Shown here one piece after another: positions 1 through 11,960 of a stretch of 64,000 bases of DNA. Source of the DNA: Nitrospirota bacterium (lineage in GTDB: Bacteria > Nitrospirota > JACRHJ01); assembly GCA_963733375.1 (NCBI GenBank), contig CAVTDB010000001.1, positions 43,071 through 107,070 on the forward strand, given 5' to 3'. The translations under genes and the position numbers were made by a program. The notes below the pieces were generated by a model. It did no database searches, was not told the DNA's origin, and was given only the letters and a program-made list of their open reading frames with translations. Every line of letters begins with the position of its first letter. The first letter of the stretch is position 1.

Positions 1-95
1 TCAAGAGAATTTACCCGGTCCACCAGCGGCTGCATCCTCTTGAGCTCCCGCTGATTTTTCGTGCCTACAATTTTGCTGAATATCGTTGATAACAT
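1..95 (-). CDS. secA: Preprotein translocase SecA, 5' end (runs off window)
   Basis: Manual translation from ATG at 95 gives MLSTIFSKIVGTKNQRELKRMQPLVDRVNSL, a typical SecA N-terminus. Confidence 0.85.
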   Translation of the reverse strand, partial: MLSTIFSKIVGTKNQRELKRMQPLVDRVNSL

Positions 96-226
96 TTCTT
101 TGTTTTTCTCTGATTTTTTTAAGGATTAGCCCAAAGCGGGCAAGTTCAATCAAATGTGGGATTATACTATAAAAACCGGCAAATCTCCAAAGGTTTATTT
201 ACCAATCATCCCCCGCTCCAAATAAC

Positions 227-258
227 AAAACCCCGGCTGGTCGCCCGGCCGGGGTTTT
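227..258 (-). terminator. Intrinsic terminator downstream of cspA
   Basis: Hairpin AAAACCCCGGCTGG-TCGC-CCGGCCGGGGTTTT with T/A tracts on both sides. Confidence 0.8.
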
Positions 259-274
259 CTTCTTTAATTATTGA

Positions 275-475
275 TTATAGCTTTACTACGTTTTTTGCCT
301 GAAGGCCCTTGTCGCCCTGGGTTATCTCGAACTCGACGTCCTGCCCCTCGTTAAGCGACTTGAACCCGTCTTCCTGGATCTGGGAGAAATGCACGAAAAC
401 ATCCTCGCCGTTCTCCTGCTCAATGAAACCGTAGCCCTTGGAGGCGTTAAACCATTTTACTTTTCCCGTCGCCAT
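275..475 (-). CDS. cspA: Cold-shock protein
   Basis: [18 protein letters not shown]...DVFVHFS (RNP1/RNP2 motifs). Confidence 0.95.
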   Translation of the reverse strand: MATGKVKWFNASKGYGFIEQENGEDVFVHFSQIQEDGFKSLNEGQDVEFEITQGDKGLQAKNVVKL

Positions 476-542
476 GCTTAAGACCCCTTTCAATGATGCC
501 TTGTACAGATTTGGAGAGCCCATCGCTCTCCCTTACCTCACG

Positions 543-1542
543 TTATATATATTTCCTCGGGTTTACCGGGACGCCGTTCACCCATACCTCGTAATGGAGG
601 TGGGGACCCGTGGAATTCCCGGTATTGCCCAAGGCGCCGATTACATCGCCCTTCCTTACGCGCTGCCCGGCGTGCACGTCCGCCCTTGAAAGGTGGCAGT
701 ACATCGTAGCCATACCATAGCCGTGCTGTATTTTTATATATCTGCCGTAGCTTGACGAAAGGCCGGCCTCGGAGACCGTGCCGTCGGCGCTCGCATGGAC
801 CGGCGTGCCGACGTCGTTCGCTATGTCAAGCCCGGAGTGGAACTCGGTCGTTCCGTACATGGGAGAGTTGCGGTACCCGAAATCCGATGTTATGAAGCCC
901 TTGACCGGCCAGATGCTTGGGGGTGCAGGCGATGATGGAATTCCTTTGCTCGAAATATCCCATCAGCTTCTTTATCCTCGCCTCCTCGGAAGAGGCGTCG
1001 GATTTGAGGCCCTGAAGTTCCTGGGACATCTGAGCGGCAACCTCTTCGTGACTCTTCCTGCCGAACTCCTCAAGGCTCACCGCGCCTACCCCGGAGCTTC
1101 CGCCCGTCCCTTTGACCCCAAAACTCTTTCCGGCTGCATTGCCGGCGGCCGAACTTAATTTATCGGAAAGGCCTTTTATCCTTGCCATCTGGGTTTTCAT
1201 GTCCACTACGCTCGCCGCAATCTGCATGAGCTGGGCGCGCTGCGAGGAGGCCTCCCGGCGGAGCGAGTTAAGCTCCATCACCTTTCCGGCCATACTGACA
1301 TACTCCCCGAAAAGCCCGGTGGAGAGCAGGATAAGGACAGCCGCGGCAATCAGCGAGTTCCTGAGCAGGGACTTTGATATGCTGAACTTGCGGACCCTGG
1401 AGTTCGGCCCGGGCAGGATTACGATTGTGAAGTACTCTTTTTTCCTGGCGCTTGCGTTCTTCCTGAAAAGCTCGTACTTTTCCCTTAGTCTTTGGAGCAA
1501 AAAGATGCCCTCCTTTCGTAAAACTCGCAGATTTTCTACCAC
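543..1542 (-). CDS. M23 family metallopeptidase with TM and coiled coil (frameshift near 910)
   Basis: ORFs 826-1542 and 543-860; HSGLD and STGPHLHYEV motifs. Confidence 0.85.
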
Positions 1543-1558
1543 AGGGAAGAAGCGGATG

Positions 1559-2206
1559 TCAAGGAATTTCTGTGCGGGTCAAGATGCAGATTTCGCACTC
1601 TCCGGCTTTTTTTGCGCAGCGCTCTTTCGCGAGGCGGACGATGAGCGCGTGGTACTCGTTATACAGCTTCACATCCTTCGGCAGGCAATCCATAAACAGC
1701 TTCTGCACCTCGTGATAGTCCGAATCCGGCGAAAAAAAGCCATGCCGGGAAAAAATTCGTTTTGTGTATGCGTCCACGACGAATACTGGCATGTCCAGGG
1801 CGTAGAGCATGATTGAGTCCGCCGTTTCCTGGCCGATTCCAGGCACGGACAAAAGTTCCTCCCGGAGTTCCGCGGGCTCCCGCCGTTTCATTTTTTTAAT
1901 GCTTCCCCCGTAGCTCTCCATGAAGTACGATATGAAGGATTTTAACCTTTTTGCCTTTATGTTGAAGTAACCTGACGGTTTTATCAGCTCCGCGAGCCTG
2001 CCCTCCGGCATGGCGTATATCGTCTCCGGCGCCAGCGCCCCGGCCCGTTTCAAGTTGCCGATTGCCTTCTCGACATTCGTCCAGTTCGTGTTTTGCGTGA
2101 GTATCGCGCCGACCATTACCTCAAAAGGAGTCTCTCCCGGCCACCAGTGCTGGGGGCCGAAATGTTTCAGCAGAATATTAAAAATATCGATTAATTCCCC
2201 CTTTAC
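1559..2206 (-). CDS. Endonuclease III-like HhH-GPD DNA glycosylase
   Basis: GPQHWWP, GAILTQNTNW, GIGQETADSI, VVDAY, C-terminal Cys cluster; start codon unclear. Confidence 0.85.
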   Translation of the reverse strand, partial: VKGELIDIFNILLKHFGPQHWWPGETPFEVMVGAILTQNTNWTNVEKAIGNLKRAGALAPETIYAMPEGRLAELIKPSGYFNIKAKRLKSFISYFMESYGGSIKKMKRREPAELREELLSVPGIGQETADSIMLYALDMPVFVVDAYTKRIFSRHGFFSPDSDYHEVQKLFMDCLPKDVKLYNEYHALIVRLAKERCAKKAGECEICILTRTEIP

Positions 2207-2231
2207 CGCCTCTTCCCCGGCCTTCTGCCTT

Positions 2232-2264
2232 CCCTCCCCCGCAAGTGGGGAGGGTAACGGTGAA
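2232..2264. repeat. REP-like palindrome (CCCTCCCC...GGGGAGGG family)
   Basis: CCCTCCCCC-GCAAGT-GGGGAGGG followed by TAACGGTGA; encodes PLPSPLAGEG on the minus strand. Confidence 0.6.
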
Positions 2265-2301
2265 GAGGCCGCTTCGGGGCGAGGGCTGAAATCGAGGGCT
2301 T

Positions 2302-2991
2302 CCCTGCGAATTTTATTCACCAGTATATGCGCCCTGCGGGTCAGGCTCCGGGAGGCGGTATTTCGTGCAGCATTCAAGGGCAATCTTGCAGGGCTTTATC
2401 GAGGCTCACCATGTGCCCCACGGACACGAATACCGGCTTTATCCCGTCCTTCGTCCGGAGCGCGCGCCCGACCTCGGCATTTTTATAAACAAGCGAAGAC
2501 TGTGAGCCGCGCCTCTTTGCCGGTTCCTTATACTCCCCCACCAGGACGGTCTTCGCGCATCCGACGGTCGGGATGCCGAGCAGGACGCCCATGTGGGACG
2601 CCAGTCCAAAGCCGCGCGGATGGGCGACGCCGTGGCCGTCTATCAGCACCACGTCCGGCCTCAATTTAAGCTTTCTGAACGCCCGCAGGACTATCGGCCC
2701 CTCCCGAAACGCAAGCAGGCCGGGGATGTAAGGAAACGGGGCTCTTCCCGAGGCATGTACTTCCTCCACGGTCTCCATCTCCGGGAACTTCAGCACTACT
2801 ACCGCCGCGTGATAATACTCGCTTCCCTTGTCATAGGATACGTCCGCGCCGGCGACAAGACGGACATCGCCGATACGGTCTTCCATGACAAGCCGCGATT
2901 TAAGCCTTTCCTGAACGCGGACGGCGTCCTTGTAATTTTTAGGCCAGGGATGTTTTAAAACCGGTTCAACCAAGGCGGGTATTTTCTTCAA
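2302..2991 (-). CDS. nfi: Endonuclease V (frameshifts near 3' end)
   Basis: VAGADVSY, PFPYIPGLLAFRE, DGHGVAHPRGFGLASH; C-terminus KYRLPEP-TRRAH recovered across frames. Confidence 0.9.
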
Positions 2992-3290
2992 TCCAGTCGA
3001 GGTATGGCTCTTGAACCTTCGGATATCTTGACGGCAATAACCTCAGGCACCTCGTACGGATGGAGTTCGCGGACCCTCTTTTCAAGCAGCGTAAATTTAT
3101 CCGCGGCTGTCTTAATCAGCAGCATACACTCGGGCTCGTCGAATATTTCTTCCTTCCACCTGTATATGGAGCGGACGCCCCTGATGATATTGGCACAGGC
3201 CGCCAGCCGCTCCTCCACCAGCGCACGGCCAATCATCGCCGCGTTCTCCTCGTCCGGAGCGGTTATAAGCACCGTGAGCTTTTCAGTCAT
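2988..3290 (-). CDS. cutA: Divalent-cation tolerance protein CutA
   Basis: LVEERLAACAN, SIYRW, HPYEVPE. Confidence 0.92.
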   Translation of the reverse strand: MTEKLTVLITAPDEENAAMIGRALVEERLAACANIIRGVRSIYRWKEEIFDEPECMLLIKTAADKFTLLEKRVRELHPYEVPEVIAVKISEGSRAIPRLD

Positions 3291-3839
3291 CGCATTGCAG
3301 GCCGGTGAAGCTCAGGCCTTTATCGCCGGAGGTATTCTCTATAGTGTAAGTGGACAACCCGTCTTTCAAGTCCTGCTTGATATAAAGCGGGTTGTCGCCG
3401 TGCTGGCGGAATGAGACGGGCGGGTTCATCTTCTTGACGTTCATGTTGTCCGATTCTTCCTCGGCCAGGCAGACCACCCACCAGGCAAACTCCTGGGCGG
3501 TCTCGTAGAACGTATGCCTTTCTTCGTTGTTCAGTTCGAGCAGGAATTTTTCATAATATTTACCGGATATGCAGTTCAGCCTCTCCGCGCCCGCGATCCT
3601 GAACATATCCGGCATAAGCTCCGGGTGAAATCCCGAAGCCTTCCGAAAGCTGGGCCCGGTGTTCTTCTATATATTTCCGCAACGCGCCGCGGATCTCGGC
3701 CTCGTGGTTCAGCCTGTCGACAATATAAGTAGAATATTCCTTCATGAACTTCGGGTGCTCTATCTTCCCCTGGGCATGCGAAAGTACCGGTAAAAATAGA
3801 AAAGCAGGAGATGAAGACTATCGCCAGAATTTTTTTCAC
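3283..3839 (-). CDS. Exported hypothetical protein (frameshifted)
   Basis: Signal-peptide-like MKKILAIVFISCF start; ORF pieces 3576-3839, 3560-3745 and 3283-3615 in operon context. Confidence 0.5.
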
Positions 3840-3843
3840 GTGT

Positions 3844-6253
3844 TTATTGCTCCCTGATCTCCGCGCCGAGACGGTCTTTAAGCGCCTCGACGACTTTTTT
3901 ATGAACGAGGTTGACCTCTTCGTCCGTCAATGTCCTCTCCGGTGAACGATAGGTGATACTGTATGCCAGGCTTTTCATCCCGGCTGGTATCGGTTTCCCT
4001 TCGTAATAATCGAACAGCCTTACGCCCTCGACCAAGCCCAGCTTCAAAGACTCGATCGTCTTTAAAACGGCAAACGAAGTGATATCCGCCGGGATTATTA
4101 CGGCAATATCGCGCTCCACGGCCGGATACTTGGGAAGCGGCCTGTACGATACCTCCTCCGGGCCGACCTCAACCAGCGACTGGAGGTCCAGCTCGAATAC
4201 ATAGACCTCGGGCGGAAGGTCGTACCGGCTGATGACGTCGGGGTGGACCTGCCCTATATATCCCGCCACGCCTCCGCCGACCATCAGCCTTGCCGCCTTG
4301 CCCGGGTGCAGGAAAGGCATGTCCTCCGCGGCGGTAAATACTATGTTCGGCACTCTCAGAGCGTCCAGCAGCTGCTCCACCGCGCCCTTCATGTCATAGA
4401 AGTCTATATCCCTGTCTTTGCCCTCCCAAAGCTCCGCCGACTTTATTCCGCAGGCCAGCCCGCCGATATTAAGCGGCTCGGTCGGAAGTCCCGTCCCGGT
4501 ACGCAGGAATACGCGGGAGAGTTCAAAAATTTTAAGGTCCTTCACCCCGCGGCTCAGGTTCCAGGAGAGGTTATTCAGCAAGCTCGGCAGAAGCGAGGTG
4601 CGCATAACGGACTGCTCTACGGAGAGCGGGTTCTGAAGGTTTACGGTCTTCCTACGGAAGTCGTCTTCCGGCAGGCCCAGCTTGTCGAAGTCCCGCGGGT
4701 CCATGAAACTGTAATTGATGACTTCCGAAAAGCCGGAGTCGTACATTGCCCCCCTGGCCCGCTCAGACGCGGCACGCGCTTTGTCCTGCTCTTCCGCCGC
4801 CATCTTGTATTCCGGCATCGAGCTTTTGATCTTACCGTAGCCGTGGACCCTCGCGGCCTCCTCGACAAAATCTATCTCCCGCGTCAAGTCCGGCCTGAAA
4901 GTGGGCGCCTGGAGCAGGAGCGATTCCGGCCCTTCCTCGCGAATCTTTATCCGGAGCCGCTTCATTATATCGGCAATTTCATCCTTTTCGAGGTCCACCC
5001 CGAGAAGGGCGTTCACTCTGGAAGTCCTGAGAGCGACTGTCGGCATCTTTACAGGATTCGGATATTCGTCTATCGCTCCGGTCGCTATCTCCCCGCCCGC
5101 AAGGTCAGCAATAAGGACGGCTAACCTGTTTAAAGCGTTAATAACGCCTTCCGGGTCCGTTCCCCTCTCGAAACGGTGTGACGCCTCGGTATGGAGTCCG
5201 AGTTTTTTGGAGGTCTTCCGGACGCTCGACGGGTTGAAATACGCGGATTCCAGGAAAATATCGGTGGTCTCCTCCGTCACTTCGGAGTTTTGGCCTCCCA
5301 TTACTCCGGCGAGCGCGACCGGCCTTTTGCCGTCGCAGATAAGGAGCATGCCTTCGGACAGCTCCCTCTCCACGCCGTCCAGGGTCGTAAAAATCTCGCC
5401 CTTCTGTGCACTGCGGACGATTATCTCCTGGCCTGCTAAAAGCCGGTAATCGAAGGCATGGAGCGGCTGTCCCATCTCCATCATCACGAAATTCGTCGCG
5501 TCGACCACGTTGTTTATGCTGCGCACCCCAATCGCCTGGAGGCGCCTCTGCATCCATAGCGGAGAGGGCCCCACCTTGATCCCGGCAAGGAGCCTTCCGG
5601 CATAGCGCGGGCAAAGCTCCATCGTCTTCTACCGTGACCTTCATCCGCCCGCCAATCGGCGCGCCCGCCTCGGTTATTTTGAATTTCGGAACGTTAAGCG
5701 GCTGGCGGGTCAGGGCCGCCGCCTCTCTCGCAATGCCAAGGGTGCAGAGGCAGTCCGGGCGGTTCGGAGTGACGTTTATCTCCATCGCCCAGTCGTCCAG
5801 GCCTACCGCCTTGACTATATCCTCGCCCACCACCGCGTCTTCGGGGAGTATAAGCAGGCCGGAGGCTTCCTTGGCCAGCCCAAGCTCCTTCTCCGAACAC
5901 AACATCCCGAAAGAGGCAATACCCCTTAGCTTGGCTTTCTCTATCTTCATCCCGCCGGGGAGCGTAGCGCCGACCTGGGCCAGCGGGACCTTGTCCCCCG
6001 CCTTCATATTCTTCGCGCCGCAGACTATGGACAGTACCTCCGTACCGTTATCCACTTCGCAGAGCGTCAGTTTATCGGCGCCCGGGTGAGGGTTCATGGA
6101 CATTATCCGGCCAACGACAACACCCTGGATGCCTTCGCCCAGATATTCAAGGCCCTCCACCTCCAGCCCTGCCATCGTCAGCCTGTCGGAGATCTGCTGT
6201 ACCGTCAGCTCGATATCGACGAATTCTTTTAACCAGTTAAAGCTTATCCGCAA
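3844..6253 (-). CDS. pheT: Phenylalanine-tRNA ligase beta subunit (frameshift near 5625)
   Basis: [28 protein letters not shown]-terminal FDX-ACB domain. Confidence 0.96.
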
Positions 6254-6265
6254 TTTTAGTGTCCT

Positions 6266-6727
6266 CTAATACGGCTTTACAGACTTCTCCTTGAGGAAGT
6301 CTTCCAGGTCTTTTTTAATATTATTTGAAAAACCTACCATGTCCATAGGTATCACGCCCGTCTTCAGGGCCCCTTTCGGCGTGGAGTAGTCGATCAGGAA
6401 AAACTCCCGCGCGCGTCCCTTCTTGTCCCGCACGGCTTTAAAACCGGCCTTATGCGCCTTGTCCCATTCGCAATGTTCCCTTTTCCAGGGGTTTACGCCG
6501 TAAACCGTAAAATTTTTTTCATTCCAATCGAAAACCGGGAACTTCCAGAACCGGTAGATTGCAACTATTACGATGACATTCAGGACGTAGAGAAGCGCGA
6601 GAGGTGCGGCGGTATACGGCCCGTGGAACCTCTTCAGCAGGTAGCCCAGGATGATATCCGCCCCGACGCAGTAAAAGATGACCTCGTTCATCCTCTTCTG
6701 GGAGAGGAACATCCGGCCGTGGCGCAT
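6266..6727 (-). CDS. Hypothetical 2TM membrane protein between pheS and pheT
   Basis: 153 aa ORF whose ATG overlaps the pheS TAA (TAATG); two hydrophobic segments. Confidence 0.7.
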   Translation of the reverse strand: MRHGRMFLSQKRMNEVIFYCVGADIILGYLLKRFHGPYTAAPLALLYVLNVIVIVAIYRFWKFPVFDWNEKNFTVYGVNPWKREHCEWDKAHKAGFKAVRDKKGRAREFFLIDYSTPKGALKTGVIPMDMVGFSNNIKKDLEDFLKEKSVKPY

Positions 6728-7819
6728 TAAAATTGCCTTAAGAAACGCATGTCGTTTTCATAGAAGAGACGGATATCGTCGATGCCGTACTTCAGCATCG
6801 CTATCCGCTCCATTCCAAGGCCGAAGGCAAAGCCCGTGAATTCCTCCGGGTCGTAACCCACGGCGCGGAAAACCTCCGGGTCCACCATCCCCGAACCGAG
6901 TATCTCCAGCCACCCGGTGCTCTTGCAGACGCGGCATCCCTTCCCGCCGCAAATCACGCAGCGGATGTCAACTTCGGCTGAAGGCTCCGTAAACGGGAAG
7001 AAGCTCGGCCTGAAGCGAGTGGCCGTACCGGAGCCGAACATCCGGGAGATGAAGGTCTCCAGCACGCCCTTCAGGTGCGAAAAATTTATATGCCTGTCCA
7101 CCATCAGCCCTTCGACCTGGTGGAACATCGGCGTATGGGATACGTCCGCGTCGCAGCGGTAGACTTTTCCGGGCGCGATAACCTGCACCGGCGGGCGGCT
7201 CGACTTCATCACCCGTACCTGCACCGGGGAGGTATGGGTGCGCAGAACTACCTCGTCCGACACGTAGAACGTGTCCTGCATATCGCGGGCGGGGTGGTCC
7301 TTCGGCATGTTCAGGGTCTCGAAGTTGTAATAATCCAGCTCAACTTCGGGGCCTTCCGCGACCGAGAACCCCATGTCCCGGAAAATTTCCACAACCTCCA
7401 TAGTGACTGAAGTTATGGGATGCGGCCTGCCTACGCCCGGCCTCCTGCCGGGCAGAGTAATGTCTATTCTCTGCGCGGTAAGTTTTTCCGAACGCTCCTT
7501 CGCCGCCAGTTCCTCGCCCTTCGTCTTGAGCGCGGCCTCATAGCGGCCAGCCAGTCTCGTTTAAAAGACGCCCCGCCTCTTTGCGGTCTTCCGGGGCTTC
7601 CTGAGGGATTTTTTTGCGGAGGATGGAGACTATGCCCTTCTTGCCGAAAAGCTCAAGCTCGACGGCCTTCAGGTCGTCCGTGGAGGACGCATATTTGTTT
7701 ATGACCTCTTCCGCGCCAAGCCCGTCCGAGATGCGAGGTATCAGCTCCGTAAGCTTCCCCGCGCCCTCCAGAGTGCTTTTGAGGCCCCTTGCTTTTTCCA
7801 GAAACTGCTCCAGCGACAA
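6727..7819 (-). CDS. pheS: Phenylalanine-tRNA ligase alpha subunit (frameshifted)
   Basis: [39 protein letters not shown]. Confidence 0.96.
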
Positions 7820-7932
7820 TTACGCTCCTGATTTGATTTTCGGATTTAAATCGAATGATTATATAGCAAAAAAGCCTGATTTTCAATAGACAAATCAGGC
7901 TTGAAGTCACTGCGGGTATCTAGCGGCTCTGT

Positions 7933-8538
7933 TTATAGAAGTATCTCTTGAATTGTCTTCCTGGGCCTGGGCTCCGGCACTTCCGCCGGATAGCCGACAG
8001 GCATGAGCGTCACCGGGAATATCCATGACGGCAGGCTCAGCAGCAAGGAAATCTTTTCCTTGTCGAAGAGGTGTACCCAGCAGGTCCCCAAGCCCAGAGA
8101 CGCCGCGGCAAGCGCGATATGCTCCGTCGCGATAGCGGTATTGAATGCGGCGTTTTCTTTATATTTCATAAGCTCGTCCTCCTCGTCTTTCGTGAGGAGG
8201 TTGAGCCCCATCTTTTTTAAATCGTCCTGCGAAATCACACCGTTATCCAATAGCTCCCTGAACCTCTCCTTGAGGGTCTTGGAATAGGACAGCGTATCTC
8301 CGCAGACGATTATCACCGCGGGCGCCTGCTTGATGTGGTACTGGTTTTTGGAGGCCAGGAATACCTGCTCCTTGAGCTTTGGGTCCGTAACCACCTTGAA
8401 CTTCCAGGGCTGGGAGTTCACCCCCGACGGGGCAAGCCGCGCGGCTTCCAGCAGGAAGTCAATCTGCTCGGTCGAGACCGGGTCCGGCTTGAAATTCCTT
8501 ATCGCCCTCCGCCTGCGAATCGCCTCCATAAGGTCCAT
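7933..8538 (-). CDS. Nitroreductase family protein
   Basis: RRAIRNF, APSGVNSQPW, GLGTCW. Confidence 0.9.
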   Translation of the reverse strand: MDLMEAIRRRRAIRNFKPDPVSTEQIDFLLEAARLAPSGVNSQPWKFKVVTDPKLKEQVFLASKNQYHIKQAPAVIIVCGDTLSYSKTLKERFRELLDNGVISQDDLKKMGLNLLTKDEEDELMKYKENAAFNTAIATEHIALAAASLGLGTCWVHLFDKEKISLLLSLPSWIFPVTLMPVGYPAEVPEPRPRKTIQEILL

Positions 8539-8541
8539 GGA

Positions 8542-9108
8542 TTATTTCTCCGCCTTCCCCGGCACGGCAGCCGGCTTTTTTTCTTTTAAGTACCGTTCCT
8601 TTTCGCTGTATACGCAGCCGCAGTATTTCTGATGGTACATGCCGATCTCGTGAGATAATTCCTGCCCTTCCTTCCAGCCCTGCCTGAAGTCGCGGTACAA
8701 AAATTTAATGCCCAGCTCGCGGGCGATGACATCCGCGACATGAACGAGCAGGTCGTGCTTCTGGTACTTGCTGTAAAGGAGCGTAGTGGAAAAGGCGTCG
8801 TAGCCGGAGTCACGCGCCGCCTGGGCGACCTTCCTGAGACGCATTTCGTAGCAGGCCGCGCACCGCTCTCCCTCATGCCCGACTACTCTCCTGAAAAATT
8901 CCTCGATATCGTATCCTACCTCGCTCGCAAGCGCCATTTCCTGCGAACGGGCATAGTCTTCCAGGGTTTCCAGCCTTTTCTTGAACTCGGTGTACGGTTG
9001 GATATTCGGGTTGTAAAAAAATCCATCCACCTCCACCCCTTCCTCCCGCAACGACTTCAGCGGAAAGACCAGGCAGGGACCGCAACATATATGCATAAGG
9101 ATTCTCAT
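8542..9108 (-). CDS. queH: Epoxyqueuosine reductase QueH
   Basis: HICCGPC, FYNPNI, RCxxCY, YCGCVYS. Confidence 0.9.
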   Translation of the reverse strand: MRILMHICCGPCLVFPLKSLREEGVEVDGFFYNPNIQPYTEFKKRLETLEDYARSQEMALASEVGYDIEEFFRRVVGHEGERCAACYEMRLRKVAQAARDSGYDAFSTTLLYSKYQKHDLLVHVADVIARELGIKFLYRDFRQGWKEGQELSHEIGMYHQKYCGCVYSEKERYLKEKKPAAVPGKAEK

Positions 9109-10118
9109 AGAAGCCTCCCCTGGACGCCTTTTTCCCTGCCGTAATGTTTATAGGCCGCCGGCGTCGCAAGCCTCCCCCTGGGCGTCCTCTCTATCAGTCC
9201 CTCCTGGATAAGGAAAGGTTCGTAAACGTCTTCTATCGTGTCCCGCTCCTCGGCTACGGCGGCGGAAAGAGTATCCACTCCGACAGGCCCGCCGCCGAAC
9301 TTGTCGATTATGGTAAGGAGGAGCTTCTTGTCCATGAAATCAAGTCCGCGCTCATCGACCTCCAGCCTCTTCAGGCCGCTCCTCGCCGCATCGGCGTCCA
9401 CGATTTTTTTCCCGTCCACCTGTGCGAAATCCCGCACCCGCCGCAGAAGCCTGTTAGCCACCCTTGGAGTCCCCCTGGAACGCCGGGCAATCTCCAGCGC
9501 GCCTTCCATGTCGATGCCTATTCCCAGAAGGTTCGCCGAACGTATGACTATTTTTTGCAGGTCTTCCGGCGGATAAAATTCCAGCCTCGCCGCCACTCCG
9601 AACCGCTCCCGAAGCGGAGAAGTCAAAAGCCCCGCCCTCGTCGTCGCCCCCACCAGGGTAAACGGCGGGAGGTCGAGCTTTATGGAGCGGGCGGACGGCC
9701 CCTGCCCTATAATTATATCAAGCTGGTAATCTTCCATCGCCGGGTAGAGCACTTCCTCGATTACCCGGTTAAGCCTGTGTATCTCGTCCACGAACAGGAC
9801 GTCGCCCTTTTCCAGGTTGGTAAGTATGGCCGCGAGGTCGCCCTGACGCTCGATAACCGGGCCGGAGGTGGTCTTTATATTAACCCCCATCTCCCGCGCG
9901 ATAATATGCGCAAGCGTGGTCTTTCCAAGTCCGGGGGGCCCGGAGAAAAGCACGTGGTCCAGCGCCTCGCCCCGCTCCCTGGCCGCCTGGATGAAGACCT
10001 TGAGGTTGTCCTTCACCCTGTCCTGCCCGACGTACTCGTCAAACGACAGCGGCCGAAGCGCCAGGTCGAGGTTTAAATCTTCCGTGTTCTTTTCCGGGCC
10101 GATTACTCGTTCGTCCAA
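9105..10118 (-). CDS. ruvB: Holliday junction helicase RuvB
   Basis: [32 protein letters not shown]. Confidence 0.98.
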   Translation of the reverse strand: MDERVIGPEKNTEDLNLDLALRPLSFDEYVGQDRVKDNLKVFIQAARERGEALDHVLFSGPPGLGKTTLAHIIAREMGVNIKTTSGPVIERQGDLAAILTNLEKGDVLFVDEIHRLNRVIEEVLYPAMEDYQLDIIIGQGPSARSIKLDLPPFTLVGATTRAGLLTSPLRERFGVAARLEFYPPEDLQKIVIRSANLLGIGIDMEGALEIARRSRGTPRVANRLLRRVRDFAQVDGKKIVDADAARSGLKRLEVDERGLDFMDKKLLLTIIDKFGGGPVGVDTLSAAVAEERDTIEDVYEPFLIQEGLIERTPRGRLATPAAYKHYGREKGVQGRLL

Positions 10119-10207
10119 AATTTATACCTGTAATGGTGCGGCTGCTGAAATATCTTCTCCAAGACCCTCAAATATTAGCAAAAAAAGATCCTTATTTCTA
10201 TAAGAAT

Positions 10208-10236
10208 AAAAAAAGCCCGCGTTTCCGCGGGCTTTT
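10208..10236 (-). terminator. Intrinsic terminator after ahpC
   Basis: AAAAAAGCCCGCG-TTTC-CGCGGGCTTTT hairpin. Confidence 0.8.
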
Positions 10237-10251
10237 ACGCGCCTGAATAAA

Positions 10252-10815
10252 TTATATCTTCCCCACAATGTCCAGCCCTGGCCGGAGAGTCGGCTTTCCA
10301 GGCTCCCAGGACGCCGGGCATACCTCTCCGCCCGCCTCGCGGACGAACTTCGCCGCCTGGAGCTTCCGGAAAAGCTCCTTTGCGCTCCTGCCGATGCTGT
10401 TGTCGTGCATCTCGTACGCCTTCAGGACCCCGTCCGGGTCGATAATGAAGCTCCCCCGGAGCGACAGCCCCTCGCCCTCGATATACGTCCCGAACTCCCG
10501 GCATACCTTCCCCGCGGGGTCGGCGGCCATCGGGTATTTTATCTTCTTTATGGACGGCGAGTTGTCGTGCCAGGCCTTGTGCACGAAGACCGTGTCCGTA
10601 CTGATGCTCATCAGTTCCGCGCCGAGCGACTTGAACTCGTCGTACATTTCCGCCGCCTCCTCTAGCTCCGTCGGGCAGATGAACGTAAAATCGGCGGGAT
10701 AAAAAATGAGGACGAGCCACTTGTCCCGGTAATTGGAAAACTTTACCTTCTTCGTCTCCTCGTCCTGGTAAACCTCCACCTCCAAATCCGGGATCACTTC
10801 GCCTATCTTTACCAT
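10252..10815 (-). CDS. ahpC: 2-Cys peroxiredoxin
   Basis: FYPADFTFICPTE, GEVCPASW. Confidence 0.93.
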   Translation of the reverse strand: MVKIGEVIPDLEVEVYQDEETKKVKFSNYRDKWLVLIFYPADFTFICPTELEEAAEMYDEFKSLGAELMSISTDTVFVHKAWHDNSPSIKKIKYPMAADPAGKVCREFGTYIEGEGLSLRGSFIIDPDGVLKAYEMHDNSIGRSAKELFRKLQAAKFVREAGGEVCPASWEPGKPTLRPGLDIVGKI

Positions 10816-10833
10816 GCGGACATCTCCTTTCTT

Positions 10834-11960
10834 TTATTTATGATACGTTATTCTGTAAATTGCGCTCGCGTAGTCGTCCGAAACTAAAAGCGCCCCGTCC
10901 GGCATTACCAGGACGTCCACAGGCCTTCCCCAATTGATTATCTCCCTGGAGCCATCCCTGGGCGAATATCTCGTACTTGACCGGATGCCTCGCTCTGCTC
11001 ATCTGGACGAAAGTTACCCGGTACCCGATCTTATTGCTCCTGTTCCAGGAGCCGTGCTCGGCGATGAATATGCCGTTTCTGTACTTCTCCGGGAACATCT
11101 TTCCGGTATAAAACGTCATCCCTAAACTTGCCACGTGCGCGGGCAGTTCCAGCTCCGGCAGGGTGAACTCGGACGCCTTATGCCCTTTGCCGTATTGAGG
11201 GTCGGGAATATTCTTGCCGTGCCAGTACGGGAAGCCGAAATTAAGCCCCTTCTTCGGCGCGTGATTCAGTTCGTCCGGCGGCACGTTGTCTCCCATCAGG
11301 TCCCGGCCATTGTCCGTAAACCAAAGCTCTTTAGTAACCGGGTCCCAGTCGAACCCCACGGTATTCCTTACTCCGCGCGCGAAAATCTCGAACCCGCCCC
11401 CGCTCGGCCTTATCCTGGTTATCGAGGCGAAGGGGTCGCCCGGCTCGCAGACGTTGCAGGGCGCGCCGACCGGGACGTAGAGGTATCCGTCCGGGCCGAA
11501 CCGGATGAACTTCCAGCCGTGGTGCGTCTTCGCGGGGTACTTATCATATATCACTACCGGCTTGGGCGGGTCCTTCAGGTGCGCTTCGATGTTGTCATAG
11601 CGCAGGATACGGCCTATCTCGGCGACGTAGAGCGAGCCGTCCTTGAAGGCGACTCCGTTAGGTTCGTTCAGGCCCTTGGCGATCGTATATATCCCCTCCG
11701 CCTGCCCGTCGTTGTCCGGGTCGGTAAGGGCATATACCGTGTGGTTCCTCGTCCCCACAAACAGCGTCCCCTTGTCTCCCATCGCCATCGAGCGGGCGCC
11801 CTTGGCATTGCAGCATTTTCCGGCAAAAAGGGTTATATGGAAACCGGGGGGAAGCTTGATATATTTGAAGCTTGTCCGAAACATCGTCGCTGAAAGCCCG
11901 CTGGACTATTATCAGCCCTATAGCGGAAAAAACCATGAGGAAGAGGGACTTCACACGCAT
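10834..11960 (-). CDS. PQQ-dependent sugar/sorbosone dehydrogenase family (frameshifted)
   Basis: Signal peptide; HHGWKFIRFGPDG, GAPCNVC, GVRNTVGFDW, HGSWNR. Confidence 0.85.

Noticed and set aside
7538-7819. Separate hypothetical gene upstream of pheS
   Set aside because: It contains the PheS N-terminal coiled coil (LFGKKG) and is the frameshifted 5' part of pheS
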